A program made the position numbers and the translations under genes. This document shows positions 58,067 to 64,000 of a stretch of 64,000 bases of DNA, piece after piece. Location: the NCBI GenBank assembly GCA_013151235.1, contig JAADIO010000035.1, forward strand, positions 1 through 64,000. Reading direction: 5' to 3'. Position 1 is the stretch's first letter. Every line of letters starts with the position of its first letter. A model generated the notes under the pieces. It was given only the letters and a program-made list of their open reading frames with translations, was not told the origin of the DNA and did no database searches. Origin of the DNA: Deltaproteobacteria bacterium. GTDB lineage: Bacteria > CG2-30-53-67.

Positions 58067-60763
58067 TTAACGCTCCGCCTCCAGTGCATGGGAAACCGCT
58101 TCACTGAGTGTCGCTAATTGATAGGGCTTGGCGGCCACGGAGGCAAAACCATAGCTTCTGTAATCGGCCATGATCGGGTCGTCTGCATACCCGCTGGAAA
58201 CAATCGCCTTAATCTGCGGATCAATATTCAGGAGTTTCCCAATTACCTCCTTCCCTCCCATTCCACCCGGAATGGTTAGATCCAGGATGGCAACCCTGAA
58301 AGGATCTCCACTCTCAAAGGCCTTTGAATAAAGTTCGATCGCCTCTTCTCCATCTTTGGCCCCTTCGACCCGGTAACCAAGATGCTTCAAAATCTCACCG
58401 GCGACTCTCCGGATGGACGGTTCGTCATCCATGACCAGGATACGGCCCGTCCCGCGAAGCGGGGCAAGTCTTTCTTCTTCGGCCTTCTCCGGAACATTGG
58501 AAGAAGCCGGGAGGTAAATGGAAAAGGTGGATCCATGCCCCGGGCTGGAGTAAACGGAGAGATGCCCCTTGTGTCGCTGGATGATGGAATAGCTTCCGGC
58601 CAGACCCAACCCACTCCCCTTCTGCTTTGTTGTAAAATAGGGATCAAAAACCCGTTGTTGATATTCCATGGGAATACCGGTCCCCTCATCGGTCACATCG
58701 ATCCGGACATAGTCCCCCTCGGGCAAAGGAACATGCTTTCCGTGGGAGAGGCGGACATTCTTGCAGGAAATTCGGAGCACCCCGCCGTCGGGCATTGCCT
58801 GCTCTGCATTGAGTACCAGATTATGAATTACCTGGCCGATCTGGCCTTCATCGATCTCCACGGCGGCAAGTCCCCCGGGGAACGACATCTCGGAACGTAC
58901 GTTGGACCCCCGTAAGGCAAAGGCTGTCGATTCCCGAACCACCTTTTCAACCGTTGTCGTTCGGATGACCGGCGCACCTCCTTTCGCAAAGGTCAACAAC
59001 TGCTGCGTCAGCTCCCGGGCACGCAATGTCGCCTTTTCCGCGTCCATGATCAACCCCTTCACATGCTCATCCGTGGAAGACTGATACTGTGCGAGGGAAA
59101 GATTCCCGAGGATCACCGTAAGAAGGTTGTTGAAGTCGTGGGCCAATCCTCCGGCCAGAAGGCCCAGGGATTCAAGTTTCTCCTGTTTCAACAGCTCCTG
59201 CTCCATCTTTTTGCGGAGAGTAATGTCCCGGATAATTCCCTGAATATAATCCCTGCCCTTCAGACGAAGACGTTGCAGATTAATCTCCGCATCAAAAAGA
59301 CCACCATCCAGACGTCGGTGCCGCCATTCGAATACCGGACAATCACCTGCCAGTGCGGCCCGGATCATTGTTTTGCTCTTTTCTCTGGATGAAACTCCAT
59401 CCGGTTGGATACCGGGAGAAAGGTCATCCGGCCGTTTTCCGACAATCTCCTCACGCACCGCACCAAAAAGTTCCAGCACCCTCGGATTGCAATCAATGAT
59501 CGTAGGTTCCCCCCCTTCCAACTGAAGAAGGAGTACACCGTCCGCTGCACTATCGAAAAGGGCTCGGAACTTTTCTTCCGACTCCTTAAGGGCATGGTCC
59601 GACCGGGTCCGTTCGTCGATTTCCTTTTGTAACTGTTGGTTTACACGGCTCAGATTTCCAAGATATCGTTCCCGCTGCACATACCGCCGTGCCACCAATA
59701 TAAGTAAAACGGAAACAAATCCCGTACAAAGGAGTCCGGAGAACAATGCAGCCCGTGCCTCATAGGGATGAAACGTAGCAAGCAAGGCGGGCGCAGGATA
59801 AGCAACAAGGTCCCATCTGCGTCCCGGCACGGAGAGCGGAGTTCGTCGGAACAACTTTTTGAGCAGGACCGGAAGGCCGCCGGGCCGGAGGGAACCCTTC
59901 GACTCTTTTCGCGTCCGGGAGGCATGGGTGTAAAGAATCGTCTTGCCGCCCCCTTCTTCGACTTCGATAATTTTATAATTAACACCCAGTTTCTCCGTCC
60001 CCCGCAAGACCTCTTCAAAAACATCACCGAGCTGAAAAACACCCAGGGCAAAACCTTTCAGATTTTTTCGCTGCGCCTCATTCCCTGCATGGGAAGGCGT
60101 GGATGCATAGAGCGGCTGTATCGCGAAAAACCCGTTATGCTCACCAAAATTCGTGAGAGGGGTGCGAGTGACAATCGTCATCCGGCCACGATCCCGTGCG
60201 GCAACCAGAGAGGCCGCAATCACCGGATCCGAAGCCAGGTCGAAGCCGATCATCTTCTCGTGTATTGCGGAAGGTTCAACCCTGACCAGCGGATCGTACG
60301 AGGAGCGGGATCCGGCGGAAATGATTTTTCGACCTGGCCCCCTCTCCGTAATCCGGAAGGTCGGGCCTTCCTCTGTCCGGAATGCCGCCTCAAATGCTCT
60401 CCGGTCGGGACCGGAAACCGGCTGCACCCACCCCAGGGCATGGATTCCGGGATGGTCTGCAAGGTAACCGCTCACGAATTTCCGGAATTCATTTTTGGTT
60501 ACATCGACGGAGGAAGCATAAAAATCGGCAATTTCCTCAACCCTTGCCAACGAATGATTGAACCCTTCCTGAAGGTCCCGGGCATGTGTCTCCGCCCGGA
60601 GTTGGAATTCCGCGGCAAAAAGCCGGACCTGCCACTCCATGACCTTGTGATAGAGCACAAAGGACAAAACAATCCCGATCACACTGTTTACAATGACCAG
60701 AAACGTCCAGCGGGAAAAAGAGGAGACTTTCGGTTTCGTGAAAACTTGAGCCCTGGGCGCCAT
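58067..60763 (-). CDS. CHASE-PAS hybrid histidine kinase with receiver domain
   Basis: CHASE (IHALGW, GFDL), PAS, GLAHDFNNLL, FTTK..GSGLGL, ILVMDDE, LDLTIPGGMGG. Confidence 0.92.
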   Translation of the reverse strand: MAPRAQVFTKPKVSSFSRWTFLVIVNSVIGIVLSFVLYHKVMEWQVRLFAAEFQLRAETHARDLQEGFNHSLARVEEIADFYASSVDVTKNEFRKFVSGYLADHPGIHALGWVQPVSGPDRRAFEAAFRTEEGPTFRITERGPGRKIISAGSRSSYDPLVRVEPSAIHEKMIGFDLASDPVIAASLVAARDRGRMTIVTRTPLTNFGEHNGFFAIQPLYASTPSHAGNEAQRKNLKGFALGVFQLGDVFEEVLRGTEKLGVNYKIIEVEEGGGKTILYTHASRTRKESKGSLRPGGLPVLLKKLFRRTPLSVPGRRWDLVAYPAPALLATFHPYEARAALFSGLLCTGFVSVLLILVARRYVQRERYLGNLSRVNQQLQKEIDERTRSDHALKESEEKFRALFDSAADGVLLLQLEGGEPTIIDCNPRVLELFGAVREEIVGKRPDDLSPGIQPDGVSSREKSKTMIRAALAGDCPVFEWRHRRLDGGLFDAEINLQRLRLKGRDYIQGIIRDITLRKKMEQELLKQEKLESLGLLAGGLAHDFNNLLTVILGNLSLAQYQSSTDEHVKGLIMDAEKATLRARELTQQLLTFAKGGAPVIRTTTVEKVVRESTAFALRGSNVRSEMSFPGGLAAVEIDEGQIGQVIHNLVLNAEQAMPDGGVLRISCKNVRLSHGKHVPLPEGDYVRIDVTDEGTGIPMEYQQRVFDPYFTTKQKGSGLGLAGSYSIIQRHKGHLSVYSSPGHGSTFSIYLPASSNVPEKAEEERLAPLRGTGRILVMDDEPSIRRVAGEILKHLGYRVEGAKDGEEAIELYSKAFESGDPFRVAILDLTIPGGMGGKEVIGKLLNIDPQIKAIVSSGYADDPIMADYRSYGFASVAAKPYQLATLSEAVSHALEAER

Positions 60764-60888
60764 TTCCCCCTCCCCTCATCCTTACTCAAGAAGGTTCATT
60801 TATGGTAAAAAGTGTAACGGTCTCAGGATGCTTCTGCTTTTCCACAGGAGAAGACGAGAGGAGTGTAAAACCGGAGAAAGAAAAAAAA

Positions 60889-62499
60889 CTATTCCTCTTT
60901 TGCCGCCGCTTTCCGCCGGGGCCGCCTTTTCCCCTTTGGTTTTTTTGTATGGGAGCCGTTATCGTCGATCTCATTTTTCTTTTCCACTATGCCGGGATGC
61001 TCAACCTGTTTCTCCGTCTTCTCTGCTTTCTTCTCAATAAAATTGAGCCGGTAGAGATGATGATACAGGTCCGGTTTCCCTTTGAGATGAATTCTTACCT
61101 TGTGTGACATCTCCATATTGACAATCTCGCTCCGTTTTCCGTTCAGCAGGAACTCGGCAAGATCCATGGAGACCTCCCCCTCCACAGCGGAAACATTTCC
61201 CTTGGCCACATGCATCTGTATGGTCCGGAGGATCGTCAAGGCAATCGACTCCAGGGACCGTACACGACCCGTTCCTCCACATCGATCACAAGGTAGATAG
61301 GTCCCTTCCTCAACCGGGGCATGAATTCGCTGACGGGAAATCGAGAGCAGACCGAAACGGGAGATCGTGGAGATCTCGGTCTTGGCCTTTTCCCCTTTCA
61401 TGCAGGCCTTGATGCATTTCACAACTTCCTGTTGATGTTTCTTGTTCAGCATATCGATAAAATCAACAACGATCAAACCGCCCAGATCGCGAAGACGCAA
61501 CTGCCGTGACACTTCTTCGGCCGCTTCCATATTGGTATGAAAAGCGGTTTCCTCGATCCCTTTGGCCCGCATTGATTTTCCTGAATTTACATCGATCGAA
61601 ACCAGCGCCTCCGTCGGTTCGATCACAATCGAGCCGCCCGATTTCAAGGGAACTTTCCGCTCGTAGATCCGCTCAATCTGTTCCTCCAGATTATGCTTGG
61701 CAAAAATCGGTTTAGCCCCCTGGTAAAGTTTCACTCGATTTCGGTAACGGGGCATGATCTGTTTAAAAAAGGTCGTCGTCTTTTTATAGACCTCCAGGTT
61801 GTCGATCAGAATCTCCTTGATCTCCGTCGTAAAATAATCCCGAATGGAACGGATCACAAGGTCCGATTCCCGGTAGACCAGTGATGGGATCTCCTGTTCC
61901 GTCGCATCATGGAGGATCCGATCCCAAACCTTGAGAAGAAACTTCATTTCACGGGCCAGAACGGTCTTGGGCATTCCCAACCCGGCGGTCCGAATGATCA
62001 CCCCGAACCCCTCAGGGACCTTCAGATCTTTCAGAATCTTTTTCATCGCTGACCGCTCTTCATCATCCTCGATCTTCCGGGAGACCCCACCACTCTTGCT
62101 CCCCGGCATGACAACCAGAAAACGGCCGGGAAGAGAGAGATACGTCGTCATGTAGGCCCCTTTTTGATCTCGTTCCTCCCGGACCACCTGGATCAGGACC
62201 TCCATTCCCTTCTCGATCACATCCTGAATGCGCGGCCTACCCTTGGCGTTTTTCCGGCCTTTATAATAGGAATGATGAATCTCCCGAAAAGGAAGAAATC
62301 CATTTTTGCGTTCCCCATACTCGACAAAGGCCACCTGGAGACTCGGTTCCACCCGCACCACCGTCCCTTTGTAGATATTGCCTTTATGCCGTTCGGCGGC
62401 GGCCGTCTCGACCCCCAACTCTTCCAGAACGCCATTGTCTACAATCGCAACACGGCTTTCTTCCGCGTGAATCGCGTTGATCAACATCTGTTTTGCCAT
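60889..62499 (-). CDS. Ribonuclease E/G family
   Basis: MLINA, GNIYKG, SLPGRF, IDVNSG, LRLRDLGGLIVVDFIDM, CDRCGGTG; short basic tail. Confidence 0.93.
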   Translation of the reverse strand: MAKQMLINAIHAEESRVAIVDNGVLEELGVETAAAERHKGNIYKGTVVRVEPSLQVAFVEYGERKNGFLPFREIHHSYYKGRKNAKGRPRIQDVIEKGMEVLIQVVREERDQKGAYMTTYLSLPGRFLVVMPGSKSGGVSRKIEDDEERSAMKKILKDLKVPEGFGVIIRTAGLGMPKTVLAREMKFLLKVWDRILHDATEQEIPSLVYRESDLVIRSIRDYFTTEIKEILIDNLEVYKKTTTFFKQIMPRYRNRVKLYQGAKPIFAKHNLEEQIERIYERKVPLKSGGSIVIEPTEALVSIDVNSGKSMRAKGIEETAFHTNMEAAEEVSRQLRLRDLGGLIVVDFIDMLNKKHQQEVVKCIKACMKGEKAKTEISTISRFGLLSISRQRIHAPVEEGTYLPCDRCGGTGRVRSLESIALTILRTIQMHVAKGNVSAVEGEVSMDLAEFLLNGKRSEIVNMEMSHKVRIHLKGKPDLYHHLYRLNFIEKKAEKTEKQVEHPGIVEKKNEIDDNGSHTKKPKGKRRPRRKAAAKEE

Positions 62500-62546
62500 C
62501 GTTTCTCCCGATACCTCACAGGGAACCCCTTCACCGGGGATTCATT

Positions 62547-63113
62547 CTACTTCAAATAAGCCTTCTGAATATGGATCGGTTTCAGGGGGTTGTCTCTTCG
62601 ATCCCTGGGAGCCTGGACGATCTTGTCCACCACGTCCATCCCCTCCACCACTTTTCCGAAGACCGTGTATTTGCCGTCCAGGTAAGCCGCCCGGGCTACG
62701 CAGATAAAAAACTGGGAACCGGCACTGTTTGGATCCTGTCTCCTCGCCATCGAAAGGGTCCCTCGTACATGATGGTGAGCATTGAATTCCGCCGGGATGG
62801 TATAACCCGGTCCGCCCATTCCATCATTGTTGCGGTTATGATCCTTCGTATTGGGATCTCCGCCCTGAATCATGAAACCGGGGATCACCCGGTGGAAATA
62901 GGTCCCGTCATAGAAACCCTCCCTGATCAACTTCTTGAAATTTTTAACCGTCTTCGGCGCGTCCTCGGGATAAAAAGAGAGTACGATTTTCCCCGCATCC
63001 GTCTCGAGAACAGCCAGGGTATCCTTTTTCTGTTTGGCCGCAAAACCCTGTCCCGAGAGCAGGGAGAAAATAACAACCAATGAAACCATGACGGAATAGA
63101 CTTTCCATTTCAT
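62547..63113 (-). CDS. Exported cyclophilin-type peptidyl-prolyl isomerase
   Basis: Signal peptide; FHRVIPGFMIQGGD, LSMAR, SAGSQFFI, YTVFGKV. Confidence 0.93.
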   Translation of the reverse strand: MKWKVYSVMVSLVVIFSLLSGQGFAAKQKKDTLAVLETDAGKIVLSFYPEDAPKTVKNFKKLIREGFYDGTYFHRVIPGFMIQGGDPNTKDHNRNNDGMGGPGYTIPAEFNAHHHVRGTLSMARRQDPNSAGSQFFICVARAAYLDGKYTVFGKVVEGMDVVDKIVQAPRDRRDNPLKPIHIQKAYLK

Positions 63114-63724
63114 TTTTTCTTCTCCTTTTCGGCGCCGCCGGTTTTCAGGAACTCTTGCAAGCACTCCCAAACTTGATCTTTCCCGTTGGAATCAGCAGCC
63201 GAAAAGAGTACCAGCGGTTCCTCCTTCGGGATGCCGAGACCGAAGCGAATCATCGAAGCCTGTTTGAAATTCTTCTGCCGGGAGAGTTTATCCGATTTGG
63301 TGGCTACAGTCAATACAGGGATCCGATGATAGAGCAGATATTCCCGCATGACCTTGTCCGAAGCGGCAGGTGGGTGCCGTACATCAACAATATGAACGAC
63401 AGCGGCCAGAAGAGGATTCCGTTCCAGGTAACGCTCCACCATCGGCCCGAACCCCTGCCGGACGGACGCCGGCACTTTTGCAAAGCCGTACCCCGGCAGA
63501 TCGACAAAATGAAAGGTTCCATTAATCCGGAAAAAATTGATAGTCTGAGTCCGGCCGGGCCGGGAACTGGTCTTGACGAGCCGTTTCCGGTTCAACAGTG
63601 TGTTGATAAGAGAGGATTTCCCCACATTGGAACGTCCGGCAAAGGCAATCTGCGGAATCTTCTGCGGTGGATAGTCTTTCTTGTGTACTGCGGAGACAAC
63701 AAACTCGGCGGCATGAATCTTCAG
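63110..63724 (-). CDS. engB: Ribosome biogenesis GTPase YihA/YsxC, apparent CUG start
   Basis: (L)KIHAAEFVVSA...IAFAGRSNVGKSS, PGRT, DLPGYG, TKSDK. Confidence 0.9.
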   Translation of the reverse strand: MKIHAAEFVVSAVHKKDYPPQKIPQIAFAGRSNVGKSSLINTLLNRKRLVKTSSRPGRTQTINFFRINGTFHFVDLPGYGFAKVPASVRQGFGPMVERYLERNPLLAAVVHIVDVRHPPAASDKVMREYLLYHRIPVLTVATKSDKLSRQKNFKQASMIRFGLGIPKEEPLVLFSAADSNGKDQVWECLQEFLKTGGAEKEKKK

Positions 63725-64000
63725 GCGGACTCCTTCTGCTCATAAATGAGCAACGGCTGTTCCTCCCCCTTGACCGCCTCTTCGGAGACGACACATTCCT
63801 TGACATTCACCTGAGAAGGAAGATCGTACATCACGTCAAGCATGACATTTTCCAGGACCGCCTTCAATCCCCTGGCACCGGTCTTCCGTTTCTGGGCGAT
63901 TCCGGCAACGGCCGTCAGGGCTTCATCGGAAAACTTCAGGGAGACTCCTTCAAACTCGAAGAATTTCTGGTACTGCTTGACCAATGCATTCTTCGGTTCG
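63721..64000 (-). CDS. clpX: ATP-dependent Clp protease ATPase subunit, 3' end
   Basis: EPKNALVKQYQK, KTGARGL, LDVMYDLPS; upstream of engB. Confidence 0.93.
   Translation of the reverse strand, partial: EPKNALVKQYQKFFEFEGVSLKFSDEALTAVAGIAQKRKTGARGLKAVLENVMLDVMYDLPSQVNVKECVVSEEAVKGEEQPLLIYEQKESA

Noticed and set aside
1-64000. CRISPR arrays, tRNA/rRNA genes, prophage or defence systems
   Set aside because: No regular repeat-spacer arrays, RNA gene signatures or phage genes were seen by eye; a covariance-model search was not possible

Overview
GC-rich bacterial chromosomal window whose gene content suggests an anaerobic Deltaproteobacteria/Desulfobacterota-like organism (inference only). In order it holds: AlgJ/AlgI-type O-acetylation genes; a decayed nested IS cluster (IS630 inside ISL3, next to a broken brnTA module); a pfkB-sps-susA sucrose operon; mltA and nadA; a TPP-riboswitch thiamine operon (thiF, radical SAM, thiS, thiG, thiE, thiC); housekeeping and lipid genes; a TetR-led accessory cluster; a divergent tandem nucleotidyltransferase; yhaM; a sigma54-driven PEP-CTERM protein; a CusRS-like two-component system with arnT/TolC/RND genes; a MoxR-Bat operon; a CHASE hybrid kinase; RNase E/G; cyclophilin; engB; and the end of clpX. 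Best leads: (1) a hidden UxxC selenoprotein of the PrdB/GrdB type, split by the ORF caller at a UGA followed by a SECIS-like hairpin, at the end of a tetR-ahpD-like-CxxC-NrtS-like cluster with no reductase partner subunits in the window; (2) the gene in the thiH position has HydG hallmarks (GPHT His and a C-terminal CX2CX22C); (3) an orphan GlnE/GlnD-like double nucleotidyltransferase; (4) engB apparently starting at CUG. All family calls come from motif recognition, not database searches.
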